From: Candidatus Latescibacterota bacterium
GTDB taxonomy: Bacteria; Latescibacterota; UBA2968
Direction of reading: 5' to 3'
DNA: 64,000 nt
Assembly (NCBI GenBank): GCA_965205975.1
Contig: OZ242195.1
Span: 1 to 64,000, forward strand
The notes under the pieces were generated by a model. The model was not told where the DNA came from. It worked only from the letters and a program-made list of their open reading frames with translations, and searched no databases. The position numbers and the translations under genes are program-made. Of this stretch, positions 8,965 through 19,020 are shown one piece after another (the stretch's first letter is position 1; each line of letters starts with the position of its first letter).

Positions 8965-11900
8965 TCAAATTTTCAAAATACCGCCGGATGAGGGCCTGGT
9001 ATTCGGGTGAATATCCTTCTTTGAGGGCGTCGCGCATCATAAGTCGCAGGGGGTTGTCGGCTTCTCCTAAATCAGCGGGGAGCGATCCCGGTCCGCGATA
9101 GGTCAGATTTACGCCTGTGCGCGCCTGTCGCTTTTTGCTCTTTCCGCGTGATCTCATGGCCTGTTGGGCATCGAGCATGCGAGAGAGGATTTGTCGCTGT
9201 CGCATGAGGGTTTGGGGGGCGACCCGGCGCTGGAGAAGTTCGCTCGCGGTTTCACGCATGTCGCTGGCAATTTTGCCCAGATCGCCGAGCATTTCGCGCT
9301 GTTGCCGCGCCAATTCGCCGCGCAGGGCATTGAGCGCGTCCCGGATGGCGCGCTGTTGGGCCGCGAGTTTTTGCCACGAGGGTTGGCCGCTTTGTCCCGG
9401 TTGCCCAAATAGATTTTCGGTCTGGGCGTTGAGTGATCCCTGTTGTTGGGCGAGTTGGGCCATTTTCGCCATCATTTCTTCAAAGCCCGTGCCCGATTCT
9501 GAAGAGGCGAGTTGCCCCAGTGCTTGTTGTACCATCATGGCCGCGCGGTTGATTTCTCCCATGGCTTCGCGGGCGAGTTGGGCGGCCTGATTGGCATTGC
9601 CCGCGTTGAGTTGTTCGGCAGCGCCTTCCATCTTGTTCAGGGCCTGACCGAGGGCTGCCTGTGCGCTGGGGGGCATGAAGAAGGTTTTTTGCGAGGCGTC
9701 CATCAGGCGTTGTGCCATGCGCGATGCCCCGGTCATTGCACGCGCCTGACCCAGCGCGAGGGGCGCAGTGTCATCGCGGCTGCCCGCCTCATTGGCGCGC
9801 TGTGCCGTGCGTTCCTGCGCCTGGGATAAGGTGAGGAGATCGTGCAATACGCGGTTGAGTTCTCTGGCGATTTCTTCTTTTTGACGCTGGATAAATCGCT
9901 GGCGGGTCTGTGCGAGTCCCTGGCTCATGTTTTGTAAGTCTCTGGCGAGAGAATCGCTGCCTGAGCGCGCACTTTGTCGTTGCCCCTGTGCGAGATTCTG
10001 GCGCACTTGATCCATGCGGGGGGTGAGTTGTTTATTTTTTATTGCGTTGGCGATTTGGTCCAGTTCGCCATCGGTGGGGCTGTCCATTTTTTGCGATGCC
10101 TGTTGCAGTTCTGTGTGCAATTGTTCGGTGTCTCTGGCGATGCGTGTCTGGCGGCGGGCGAGTTCTTCGGGGGATTCGCGTTCGATATTTTGCGTGATCT
10201 GGTCCTGGGCATGGGCGAGTTCTTCGAGTTTTTGGTTGAGTGCGTCGAGGGTTTGTTGTTGTTGAACGCGCTGGAGTAGGGCGAGGGTGCGGTCGAGGGT
10301 TTCGCGGAATTTTTCGCGCGCCATCTGAAATTCTTCAAGGGCTTCGCGCACCATGTTTGCATCGGCATTTTTGATGGCGTCGTCCAGTTTTTTCATGACG
10401 TCTTCGAGTTCTGGCGTGCGGATTTGCGAGAGCAGTGTTTGTAGTTCTTCGAGTTTTTGCAGGGTATCGTCTTCGAGCAATCCGCTTTCTTGCAGGCGGT
10501 CGAGTGCGCGTTCGAGTTGTTCGGCTGTGGATTCGAGTTGTTCGGCGAGTTGTTCTTGCGTTTGGCGCGCTTTTTCGAGTTCGCGTTTTTCCTGCCAGTC
10601 GAGTTTGTCTTTGGAGAGCATATCGCGGGCGAGTTCTTTGAGGCGCGCGTCGAGTTCGCGCCCGCGTTGTTGCACGGTTTCGATCTCGTCGATGCCCTCA
10701 CGCTGTGTTTTGTCCGCTTCCCGATGTATTTCAAACAGGCTGGGCATGCGAATTGTAAAGGTGGCTGTTTCCCCATAAGAGGGTCTGGGATTGTTGTCGT
10801 AAGCGCGGATTCTGTAGGTGATTTGATCGCCCGGTAGCAAGTCGAGGTTGGACATGTCCCAGTGATAAGATGTCTCGATTTCGCGCCCGGGTGTTGTGAT
10901 AATTGGAAGGATGTGGTCTGTGTCGCCGTCTTTCTGGTATCTGAGTTGCAGGCGCGAGATGCCGTAGTCGTCAAAGGCTTCGGCAACGAGGGAGACGCGC
11001 ATTGATTCTGTGAGATCGATATCTTGTCCCGGTCGCAACAGGCGCACGTCGGGCGGTTGATCGGGCAGCGCGACAATGCGATATGTTACGGGGTCTTTGT
11101 TGGCGATCATCTGGGGATCGCGCAAGTGTACGCGATAGCGCCCATCTTTTTTTATCGACAGGGTCGCCCGTGCAAGTGATGAAGATACTGCGGCGGGCAA
11201 TTCGGTTGCGTCGTCAAATACGAGCGCAGCCGATTCGAGGGGTTTGTTGGTTTCAATCGTCAATGAGACTTCTGTGCCGGTTGGTACAATTATGTCGCCG
11301 CCCTGTTGATCGATGCGGTCAGGCATGGCTGTGTGCGGCGGAAATCGGTCGCGGTGCGAGATGCGCGTGACAATGGGGCGCGGGTGTACGGTTGCGGTGT
11401 AGGTGGGGGTTTGCGCGTCGTGGGCAGAGAGGCGGTAGTCAAAGGATCGCGTAATATTGGGAAAGTGATGAGATGCGCCCGTTTGTTTGACGGGCAAGGC
11501 AAAGGAAGCCCACGTTTGTACGCCTTTTTCGCGGATATAGAGACGCGCAGTGCGCGGAACTATGCCTGCAAATTGTGCAGTGAGTGTAAGAGGTTCCCCT
11601 CCGATGATTTCGACATTGCCCGGTTGTAAAATTATGTACGTGTCTGGCGGGCGAGTGTATGGGGTTTGTGGGTTTGCGAGGCGTTGGGCTGCGCCGGATA
11701 AAGCTGTAGGCCAACCAGCGTGAAGCAATAGACCCAGCAGGGCGAGCACAACAACCGCTGTGGCAGCGCGGATAGGTGGCTTGCGATTGATGAGTCTTTC
11801 ATAAGGAAGATGTTGTGTGGCGCGTTCTGCCTGGATGATTGCTGCATCGACGAGTGCGGTGGCGTGTTCTTCACGGTCTCTTTGTCGCCACAATTGAAGT

Positions 11901-12223
11901 GCGTTGATCAGGTGTTGCTGGAGGCCGCCAAAGTGTTGTTCCACGCGCAGTGCAATCTGGTCCAGGCTGGGTGGTCTGATAAATGGCATGACGCAGAAGC
12001 GGACGAGCAGGTATAAGAGGCACAGGACGCACAAACTCTCTAAGACAATTTTGAGGATTGGGCGCAGGTAGAATATCGATTCGAGGATGACGAGGGCAAT
12101 GCACGCGCTGAGGATAAATACCAGCGCGAGGCCCACGCCTGTTAGTGCCCGATTCGCCGCGAGCAGTGTGCGCAGTCTTGTGAGGCGATGGGTGAGTTTT
12201 TGATGTGCAGAGTGTGAGGTCAT
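8918..12223 (-). CDS. DUF4175-like membrane-anchored long coiled-coil protein
   Basis: N-terminal TM helices; Ig-like region with DDYGI and DLLPGDQITY motifs; Q/E/L-rich coiled coil; C-terminal YSPEYQALIRRYF. Confidence 0.75.
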   Translation of the reverse strand: MTSHSAHQKLTHRLTRLRTLLAANRALTGVGLALVFILSACIALVILESIFYLRPILKIVLESLCVLCLLYLLVRFCVMPFIRPPSLDQIALRVEQHFGGLQQHLINALQLWRQRDREEHATALVDAAIIQAERATQHLPYERLINRKPPIRAATAVVVLALLGLLLHAGWPTALSGAAQRLANPQTPYTRPPDTYIILQPGNVEIIGGEPLTLTAQFAGIVPRTARLYIREKGVQTWASFALPVKQTGASHHFPNITRSFDYRLSAHDAQTPTYTATVHPRPIVTRISHRDRFPPHTAMPDRIDQQGGDIIVPTGTEVSLTIETNKPLESAALVFDDATELPAAVSSSLARATLSIKKDGRYRVHLRDPQMIANKDPVTYRIVALPDQPPDVRLLRPGQDIDLTESMRVSLVAEAFDDYGISRLQLRYQKDGDTDHILPIITTPGREIETSYHWDMSNLDLLPGDQITYRIRAYDNNPRPSYGETATFTIRMPSLFEIHREADKTQREGIDEIETVQQRGRELDARLKELARDMLSKDKLDWQEKRELEKARQTQEQLAEQLESTAEQLERALDRLQESGLLEDDTLQKLEELQTLLSQIRTPELEDVMKKLDDAIKNADANMVREALEEFQMAREKFRETLDRTLALLQRVQQQQTLDALNQKLEELAHAQDQITQNIERESPEELARRQTRIARDTEQLHTELQQASQKMDSPTDGELDQIANAIKNKQLTPRMDQVRQNLAQGQRQSARSGSDSLARDLQNMSQGLAQTRQRFIQRQKEEIARELNRVLHDLLTLSQAQERTAQRANEAGSRDDTAPLALGQARAMTGASRMAQRLMDASQKTFFMPPSAQAALGQALNKMEGAAEQLNAGNANQAAQLAREAMGEINRAAMMVQQALGQLASSESGTGFEEMMAKMAQLAQQQGSLNAQTENLFGQPGQSGQPSWQKLAAQQRAIRDALNALRGELARQQREMLGDLGKIASDMRETASELLQRRVAPQTLMRQRQILSRMLDAQQAMRSRGKSKKRQARTGVNLTYRGPGSLPADLGEADNPLRLMMRDALKEGYSPEYQALIRRYFENLIEDAKKTNATTDEHR

Positions 12224-12233
12224 GGAACAGTGG

Positions 12234-12896
12234 TCAATGCGTTAGTGCCCAGACAATGACGTTGGTGCCCATTTTGAGGGCTTCTTGTCTTTTTTCGGGC
12301 GGGTCGTTGTGTACGTCGGGGTCATCCCATCCATCGGCGATGTCGCTGCTCGTGTTGTAAAAGACGATCAGGCGGTCTTCGTGAAATAGCCCCAGAGCCT
12401 GAGGTGGGTCACCGTCGTGTTCGTGGATTTTTGGCAAGCCGTTTGGAAAGTGAAACGGTGTCTTGAAGAGGCCAAAAGACGGGGGCAATTGGACGAGTTT
12501 TTTGTCGGGGAATGCGCGTTTGATTTCCCTGCGAAAGGATTCGTCCAGGCCGTAGTCGTCGTTGGCGAAGAGAAATCCGCCGCTTTCGAGATAGAGGCGC
12601 AAGCGCCGCAGTTCCTCTTCGGAGAATCGAATGTTGCCGTGTCCCGTGAGAAATAGAACGGGATAGGCAAAGAGGTGTTCGTCGGTAAGCGCGACCTGGG
12701 CTTCTTGTTCGGCGGTGCGGATGGGCGTGTGTTGTCTGATAAATGAGAGCAGGTTGGGGATTTCTGTTGGGCCATTGTACCAGTCGCCGCCACCGTCGTA
12801 TTTGAGACGCGCTATGGTGAATGCCGCGGGCGGTTCTTGCAATTGGGCCAGGCTGGGCGCAGAGATTATCAGGAGTAAGAGGTAGAAATGGCGCAT
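12234..12896 (-). CDS. DUF4159 domain protein
   Basis: IARLKYDGGGDWY, YPVLFLTGHG, GGFLFANDDYG, GLPKIHEHDG, ALKMGTN; signal peptide. Confidence 0.88.
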   Translation of the reverse strand: MRHFYLLLLIISAPSLAQLQEPPAAFTIARLKYDGGGDWYNGPTEIPNLLSFIRQHTPIRTAEQEAQVALTDEHLFAYPVLFLTGHGNIRFSEEELRRLRLYLESGGFLFANDDYGLDESFRREIKRAFPDKKLVQLPPSFGLFKTPFHFPNGLPKIHEHDGDPPQALGLFHEDRLIVFYNTSSDIADGWDDPDVHNDPPEKRQEALKMGTNVIVWALTH

Positions 12897-12934
12897 GGTT
12901 TTTTTGACGCGAGAAGGCGGCTTTAGGTTCCGTT

Positions 12935-12962
12935 GTAGGGGCGGTGCTCCTGTGCCCGCCCG
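12935..12962. repeat. GTAG-type REP-like palindrome
   Basis: GTAGGGGCGG-tgctcctgtgc-CCGCCCG in an intergenic gap. Confidence 0.55.
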
Positions 12963-12973
12963 TCGGAGGTCTC

Positions 12974-13315
12974 TTATGTTTCACTTTTTACGTTGTCAAT
13001 TTGCAATATGGAGGGCGCTGTGCCAAAGGTGTAAGTGCAGTCGAAGTCAACTTCTGATAAACACCGCGTGTCAATTGGAAATGCCGCGCATTGTTTGGGG
13101 CGGTTTTCGTAGATGCTACAGAGGGTATCCCCGGTGTCATTTTTGATGAGAAATGGACATTTGAACAGGAGTTCACAGCAGTTGCCACACTGGTTGCATT
13201 CGCCCTGTCGGTTTTTTTCTTGTTGCGTGACATAAGCTTTGCGAAATCGCAGCAGCACAAAGCGTCGTACTTTGCCTATGGCTTGTTCGCACATTTTGCC
13301 AAGGGTTCTGGGCAT
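12974..13315 (-). CDS. Small cysteine-cluster protein (YkgJ/CxxCxxCC-like, Fe-S or Zn binding)
   Basis: CNQCGNCC...CPFL...CSIYENRPKQCAAFP. Confidence 0.75.
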   Translation of the reverse strand: MPRTLGKMCEQAIGKVRRFVLLRFRKAYVTQQEKNRQGECNQCGNCCELLFKCPFLIKNDTGDTLCSIYENRPKQCAAFPIDTRCLSEVDFDCTYTFGTAPSILQIDNVKSET

Positions 13316-13324
13316 GGGAAAGCC

Positions 13325-14467
13325 TTATTTCATTTGTTCGATTTCACGCTCTGCGGCCTGTACGCCGCTTTTTGTGTCGTGTACGGCGATGGTGAGGTCG
13401 CAGTGCTGGGTTTCGCCGCCGTTGAGTGTGATGACGCGTCCGGCGTCGCGTTCAACGCTTTTGGCATTGGGATAGTTGGTGGCGGGTTCGAGGCCCACGA
13501 CGTATCCATCCCGGGTTGCTGCGGTGTTTTTCCAGAGGGTAAAGTACGGCATTTGTTTGAGTGAGTAGTGGAGCGAAGACCCGAGGTTACCTTCGGCGTT
13601 TTTGAGCAGGACAGATGTGTTGCCTTCGCTGTTGCCGGCGAGTTTGTAAAAATAAACTTGTTCGATATAACCCGGGGTGGGGCCGAGGCATTTGTCGAAA
13701 GTGTCGATGCCTTCCTCTGCGCGTGGATCGCGTGGAGAGACGGTTTTGTGCGGTGTTGCGATGGATGCGCCTTCTTCGAGGAGGGGGGCGCCGTAGTTGC
13801 AGTGGTAGAGCAGTTGCATTTCAGCGGGTTTGTCATTGAGGTTGGTGACTTGATCGGCTATGGTGAAGTTGTTGCTGCCGAGTTCGGTCGATATGGTTGT
13901 GGTGAGGCGCAGCGCGGGACCAAACATCATGGTTTCATCGACGATACCCAATACGGTGATGCGATGGGGCGGTGTCAGGTCGATTTGCACTTCGACATGG
14001 CGCGCGGGTATGTTGGCGATTTTGCCGTGCAGGGGGACAAAGACTTCGGCTTCGTTGCCGTTGTTGTCGATTACGATGTCGCTGCCGGGTGCGCCATTGC
14101 TGTCGAGGCCACAGCGCACGATCCATTCGTTAAAGCCTTTGAGCCAGCCCAGGCCGCCCCGGTCGTTGAGTTCGATAAAGGCCGGGTTGACGAGGTCGCG
14201 TACGGGCGATTCCCAGCCCAGGGGTATGCCGCGATAAGTGCCTTTCCATATTCCCATGCCGCGCGTGGGAACGATGAATACAGAGAGTGCCCCGTTGTCG
14301 ATTTCAATGAGGTCAACACCGTCTTGTACGCCGCCTTTGAGGGCGGTTTTTTGCACGCGCCATGTGTGTTCTGTGCCAAGTGGCAAGGTGGATTCATCGA
14401 TGGTCCACGATTCGGTCCAGAGTGCGCGCTCGACATCGGTGAGGACAAAGCGATACATGCCTTCCAT
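13325..14467 (-). CDS. Aldose-1-epimerase-like DUF4432 protein
   Basis: VPTRGMGIW, GGLGWLKGFNE, LHGKIANIPA, LLYHCNYG, GYVVGLEPATNYPN; start MEGMY after AAGGA. Confidence 0.85.
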   Translation of the reverse strand: MEGMYRFVLTDVERALWTESWTIDESTLPLGTEHTWRVQKTALKGGVQDGVDLIEIDNGALSVFIVPTRGMGIWKGTYRGIPLGWESPVRDLVNPAFIELNDRGGLGWLKGFNEWIVRCGLDSNGAPGSDIVIDNNGNEAEVFVPLHGKIANIPARHVEVQIDLTPPHRITVLGIVDETMMFGPALRLTTTISTELGSNNFTIADQVTNLNDKPAEMQLLYHCNYGAPLLEEGASIATPHKTVSPRDPRAEEGIDTFDKCLGPTPGYIEQVYFYKLAGNSEGNTSVLLKNAEGNLGSSLHYSLKQMPYFTLWKNTAATRDGYVVGLEPATNYPNAKSVERDAGRVITLNGGETQHCDLTIAVHDTKSGVQAAEREIEQMK

Positions 14468-14660
14468 GGGAGTTTCCTTCAGGTTGTAAAGGCGGACGTC
14501 CTTTTTTGAGTTCATCAGAATATACGGGAAAATGCGCGAGGTGAAAAGCGCAACGTATGGGCGACGCGGCATGATGCTGCCGGGATGGTTGTCAAAATGG
14601 GTATAAGGTCTTAATTTTATACTGATTTTACGCAACTTCTACAGCGTTGGCGATTGTAAA

Positions 14661-16043
14661 ATGAAAAAACAAACTTTTTTCTTTTGCGGTATTGGTGGCA
14701 GTGGCATGAGTGCTATTGCACAGGTGTTGTTGCATCAAGGCCATGCGGTGCGCGGGTCGGATCGCAGTTATGACCAGGGGCAGAATGCGGATTTGTACGC
14801 GCGGTTGCAGGCGCTTGGGGTGGTGTTGTTTCCGCAGGATGGGTCGGGCGTGGATGCAGATGTGGATGTGCTGGTGGTGTCGAGTGCAGTCGAGCCGACG
14901 ATTTTAGATGTACAGGCGGGGCTGGATCGCGGTATTGCTATTCGCAAGCGGGCAGAGGTACTGGCGGACTTGTTTCATCGGGGGATAGGGATTGCCGTGG
15001 GGGGGACGAGTGGAAAATCAACGGTGACGGGGATGATTGGGCATATTTTGAATAGGACGGGGCGCGATCCCACGGTGATCAATGGGGGGATGATGCGCGA
15101 TGCGGTGCAGCCTCCGCGGTTGGGCAATGCATTATGCGGCGATGCCGAGTTGGTGGTGATTGAGGCAGATGAGAGCGATGGTACGATTGCGCTGTACGAG
15201 CCGACGGTGTCGGTGTTGACGAATATTTCGCTGGATCACAAGCCGATGGCAGAGTTGGAGTCGCTTTTTGGGGCATTTTGCGCGCGGGCAAGAGAGGCGG
15301 TGGTGGTAAATCGCGTGTGCGCGCGGTCAATGGCGTTGACGCAGGGGGTGAAGCGGCGGGTGACTTTTGGGGTGGATTGCGAAGGGGCAGATGTGTATGC
15401 TGCCGATGTCGCGTTGTTGCCCGATGGTGTGCAGTGTGTTGTCAATGGGCAGGCTTGTAGGTTGCGCGTGTCTGGCCGACACAATGTTGCCAATGCTGCT
15501 GCTGCTGTTGCCGCGTGTGGGGTGCTTGGGATAAGCGTGCGGGATGGGGCAGAAGCATTGGGTGATTTTCGGGGGATTGGCAGGCGGTTGGAGGTGGTGG
15601 GTAAGGCACAGGGTGTGACGGTGATCGATGATTTTGCACATAATCCAGATAAAATTGCCGCGAGTTTGGCTACGTTGAAGGCGCAGCCTGGGCGCGTGTT
15701 GTCGGTTTTTCAGCCTCACGGGTTTGGGCCTACGCGGTTTTTGATGGATGGGCTGATTTCGGCATTTGTCTATGGGATGGATGCGGAAGATCTGGTGATT
15801 ATGTCGGAGATTTTTTATGCCGGTGGGACAGCGCAAAAGGATATTTCGTCGGGGGATTTGATCGCGCAGATTGCGCGTGCTGGGCGACGGGCTGAGTACA
15901 TTGAAAGGCGTGAGGATATTGTTACGCGTTTGGTCGAAGAAGCGCGGGATGGTGACCGCATTATAGTGATGGGTGCGCGGGATGATTCGCTGACGGTTTT
16001 TGCAAGAGATATATTATTTCAGATTGAGAGCAGGGTGCGATGA
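14661..16043 (+). CDS. murC: MurC/Mpl-family UDP-N-acetylmuramate--amino acid ligase
   Basis: GIGGSGMSAIA, GTSGKSTVT, IEADESDG, GRRLE, DDFAHNP, FQPHGF, MGARD. Confidence 0.85.
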   Translation: MKKQTFFFCGIGGSGMSAIAQVLLHQGHAVRGSDRSYDQGQNADLYARLQALGVVLFPQDGSGVDADVDVLVVSSAVEPTILDVQAGLDRGIAIRKRAEVLADLFHRGIGIAVGGTSGKSTVTGMIGHILNRTGRDPTVINGGMMRDAVQPPRLGNALCGDAELVVIEADESDGTIALYEPTVSVLTNISLDHKPMAELESLFGAFCARAREAVVVNRVCARSMALTQGVKRRVTFGVDCEGADVYAADVALLPDGVQCVVNGQACRLRVSGRHNVANAAAAVAACGVLGISVRDGAEALGDFRGIGRRLEVVGKAQGVTVIDDFAHNPDKIAASLATLKAQPGRVLSVFQPHGFGPTRFLMDGLISAFVYGMDAEDLVIMSEIFYAGGTAQKDISSGDLIAQIARAGRRAEYIERREDIVTRLVEEARDGDRIIVMGARDDSLTVFARDILFQIESRVR

Positions 16044-16930
16044 GCTTACCTCCTGAATTGCAACCGGGCGATACGGTGGGGGTGATTGCGCCGTCCGGGT
16101 CTTTTGAACGCGAGCGGTTGGCCCTCGGGCTGGCGTTTTTGCGCGCGAGGGGGTTTGATGTGCGCGAGGGGACGTCGCTTTACGCTCAGGAGCGGTATTT
16201 GGCGGGCGCGGATCGGGCGCGTGCAGATGATGTGAATGCGATGTTTGCCGATGGGGATGTGAGGGGTGTTTTTGTCGCGCGCGGCGGGTATGGAGCAGCC
16301 CGCATTTTAGAGTTTTTGGATTGGACGTCTATTGCCCAAAATCCAAAGGTGCTGGTGGGGCTGAGCGATACGACGGCGTTGCAGTTGGCGATTTTTGCGC
16401 GAACGGGATTGGTGACGTTTTCCGGGTTTTTGCTGTGTTCGGATGTGACGGCAGAAGGTGTCCAGGAGGAGACGGAGCAGGCATTGTGGGCGGCTGTGTG
16501 TTCGCATCGGTTTGAGCGCGTTGGTTTAACGCCTTTGCGCGGTGGCGAGGTGAATGGTCCACTCATTGGGGGGTGTTTGTCGCTGGTGGCGTCGCTGGTG
16601 GGTACAAGGTTTTTGCCAGTACTGGACGGTGCTGTGCTGGCGCTGGAGGATGTGAATGAGCCGCCGTATCGCGTGGATCGGATGCTGAATCAGTTGGCGA
16701 TGGCCGGGGTGTTTGATCGCGTCGCAGGTGTGGTGTTTGGAGAGTTTGTGGATTGCGAACCCGAGCGCGAGATAGAGGGCCGGATCGAGGATGTGATCGA
16801 TGATTTTGCTGCACGGGTATCCTGTCCTGTTTTTTGTGGTTTGCCCTATGGACACGGCAAGGCGCGACGGGTGCTGCCGATTGGTCTGGGCGTCAGGATT
16901 GCACGGGGTGTGTTGGAATTTGATCTATGA
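16040..16930 (+). CDS. ldcA: LD-carboxypeptidase (peptidase S66)
   Basis: VIAPSG, RGGYG, GLSDTT, LEDVNEPPYRVDRML, PYGHG (Ser-Glu-His triad). Confidence 0.9.
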   Translation: MSLPPELQPGDTVGVIAPSGSFERERLALGLAFLRARGFDVREGTSLYAQERYLAGADRARADDVNAMFADGDVRGVFVARGGYGAARILEFLDWTSIAQNPKVLVGLSDTTALQLAIFARTGLVTFSGFLLCSDVTAEGVQEETEQALWAAVCSHRFERVGLTPLRGGEVNGPLIGGCLSLVASLVGTRFLPVLDGAVLALEDVNEPPYRVDRMLNQLAMAGVFDRVAGVVFGEFVDCEPEREIEGRIEDVIDDFAARVSCPVFCGLPYGHGKARRVLPIGLGVRIARGVLEFDL

Positions 16931-17727
16931 AAAAAATACCTTTGATATTTTTTGTCGCTTTGTCGCTGTCGTGCGCGGCGATAAATAAACTGAATTTGTT
17001 GACGCCCGAGGAAGAGGTGGAACTCGGCAGGCAAGCCGCCCATGAGGTGGAGCGATCCATGCGACTATACAGGGATCCGGTGGTGCGCGCTTATATAGAT
17101 AGCCTGGGTCAGGCTCTGGTGCGGGTGTCGGCACGGTCGCAGTTTCGATATCATTTCAAGGTGGTCGATGCGCCCGAGGTGAATGCTTTTGCTCTGCCAG
17201 GGGGATTTATCTATGTGAATCTCGGGTTGATTCAAGCAGCTGAGACCGAGTCGGAGTTGGTCGGGGTGATCGGACATGAGATCGGACATGTGGAGATGCA
17301 TCACGGGGCCAGGAACATTTCGCGTCATTATGGTCTTGCTGTTGTGGTCGAGTTGCTATCCGGGGGTGAGGACACATCGCTGGGGCGAGAAATCGCCGGT
17401 CAATTGGCGGGATTTGGCGGGGGCGTGTACTTGTTGAAATACGGGCGAGCAGCAGAGCGCGAATCCGATAGGTTCGCAGTGCATTGCCTGGTGAAGGCAG
17501 GTGTCGATCCCGAGGGCATAGCGCGTTTTTTTGAGACGTTGTTGAAGTTGCAAAAAAGCGAGCCCAAAGGGGTTGAGAAGTGGTTTGCGACACATCCCCC
17601 AACGCAGTCGCGCGTCGATTTTGTGCGATCTGAAATTGCCAAACTTCCGAATACTGAGGACCTTAAAAAGACATCCGCGCGGTTCGATCAAATCCGCGCC
17701 CGCGTCGGCGGAGGTAAAGGCCGTTAG
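16927..17727 (+). CDS. M48-family zinc metalloprotease lipoprotein
   Basis: Lipobox-like LSLSC; NAFALPGG, HEIGH (HExxH), ATHP. Confidence 0.9.
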   Translation: MKKIPLIFFVALSLSCAAINKLNLLTPEEEVELGRQAAHEVERSMRLYRDPVVRAYIDSLGQALVRVSARSQFRYHFKVVDAPEVNAFALPGGFIYVNLGLIQAAETESELVGVIGHEIGHVEMHHGARNISRHYGLAVVVELLSGGEDTSLGREIAGQLAGFGGGVYLLKYGRAAERESDRFAVHCLVKAGVDPEGIARFFETLLKLQKSEPKGVEKWFATHPPTQSRVDFVRSEIAKLPNTEDLKKTSARFDQIRARVGGGKGR

Positions 17728-17869
17728 TAGCCAGTATCTGATCTCACATGGGTTGTATAATAAAATTGCAATCGTCATTGCGGCATGATTCCCTGCTCAA
17801 CACCATACAGGGACATGCTTGAGCCGCAATCCATTCTTCTTACTTCTTACTTCACACTTCCTACTTCCT

Positions 17870-18880
17870 ATGGTTCGTTTTCTCAAATGGTTTTTCCCGA
17901 TTAGCCTGGCGGTTCTGATTGTTTTAGTCGCCAGTGCTTACTGGTATGTGACGCCGCAACGGTTGAAGGCGATTGTGCAGCCGCGTTTGTCGTCGGCTTT
18001 GGGGCGAGAGGTGATGTTCGACCGTATAGAGTGGGGGCTGTCTGATGGGGTGGTGATTTCGGGTTTAAGGGTGGAAGGCCGAGGTGGGACCGATCCCTTG
18101 TTAGTTGCGGAGCAGGCACAGGTGTATATGTCTCGGTGGAAGTTGTTGTCGGTTTTGAGCGCGTTGGTGCTGGAAGGTGAGATGCCTGGGATAGGTGAGC
18201 AAAGCGATGCCGAAGGTGCGTCCATTCTATCCATAGATCGCGTTCAGTTTCAGGATGGTACGTTGCAGGTGAGAGGTGTTGCGATTGTTTTTGATCATTT
18301 GAAGACGGCTTTACGTGTCGAGAATGGGCGTGTAAATCTGGGGGCAATTCAGGGGCAGGTGTGCGAGGGTGCGCTCACGGGTAATCTGGTGTGGGATAAT
18401 GGCGCGTGGGCTGGATCTTTGTCGCTTGTGAGTGCTCTGGTAGAACAAGTGGTGCATTCGATTGGCTGGGATATTCCGCTTTACGGTGTGGCTGATATTA
18501 AGACCCAGGTTTCAGGTGCAGGCGTGAGCGGTACCGCACACATGGTCGAGGGGCGCATTGTGAAGTGGGCTTTTTTGCAGCGGTTGTTGCACCCGATGGC
18601 ACAATGGGGCTTGATAAATGCCGATGAGGTCCCGCTCAAAGATGTGACGGTGGTTTTTCAGGTGCAAGGCGATGAGGTGATTCTGGATGGGACAAAGTTC
18701 ACTGCTTCAGATATAGCTTGTGTATTAAATGGTAAGAGTACTCAGGATCAGTTGGATTATGCGCTGGATGTGGAAATGCCCATTCAATTTGCCGGGTTTC
18801 GCCTGGGCAGAGCCATTCCCATACGAGTAAAAATTACCGGCTCGGCAAACGCGCCAGAAGTGACTATGGTGATTAAATAG
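17870..18880 (+). CDS. AsmA-like protein
   Basis: N-terminal TM anchor, LSSALGREV, beta-rich body, C-terminal IPIRVKITGSANAPEV. Confidence 0.65.
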   Translation: MVRFLKWFFPISLAVLIVLVASAYWYVTPQRLKAIVQPRLSSALGREVMFDRIEWGLSDGVVISGLRVEGRGGTDPLLVAEQAQVYMSRWKLLSVLSALVLEGEMPGIGEQSDAEGASILSIDRVQFQDGTLQVRGVAIVFDHLKTALRVENGRVNLGAIQGQVCEGALTGNLVWDNGAWAGSLSLVSALVEQVVHSIGWDIPLYGVADIKTQVSGAGVSGTAHMVEGRIVKWAFLQRLLHPMAQWGLINADEVPLKDVTVVFQVQGDEVILDGTKFTASDIACVLNGKSTQDQLDYALDVEMPIQFAGFRLGRAIPIRVKITGSANAPEVTMVIK

Positions 18881-18882
18881 AT

Positions 18883-19002
18883 TTAAAGAGCCAGCACAAT
18901 AACAATGAGTATGACGAGTATAACCAATCCACCGAAAAAGACGATGCAAAAACCTCTGATAAACCCGCCTACAAATCCATTGTTGTCATTATTATTGTCC
19001 AT
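18883..19002 (-). CDS. 39-aa single-TM small membrane protein (absent from ORF track)
   Basis: AAGGAAGGGGG-taaaa-ATG; MDNNNDNNGFVGGFIRGFCIVFFGGLVILVILIVIVLAL*. Confidence 0.6.
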   Translation of the reverse strand: MDNNNDNNGFVGGFIRGFCIVFFGGLVILVILIVIVLAL

Positions 19003-19020
19003 TTTTACCCCCTTCCTTTT

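Noticed and set aside
13568..14509. Long + strand ORF (313 aa) and similar antisense ORFs (e.g. 38930-39625, 19511-20203, 63118-63723)
   Set aside because: Shadows of well-supported genes on the opposite strand, with no recognisable motifs
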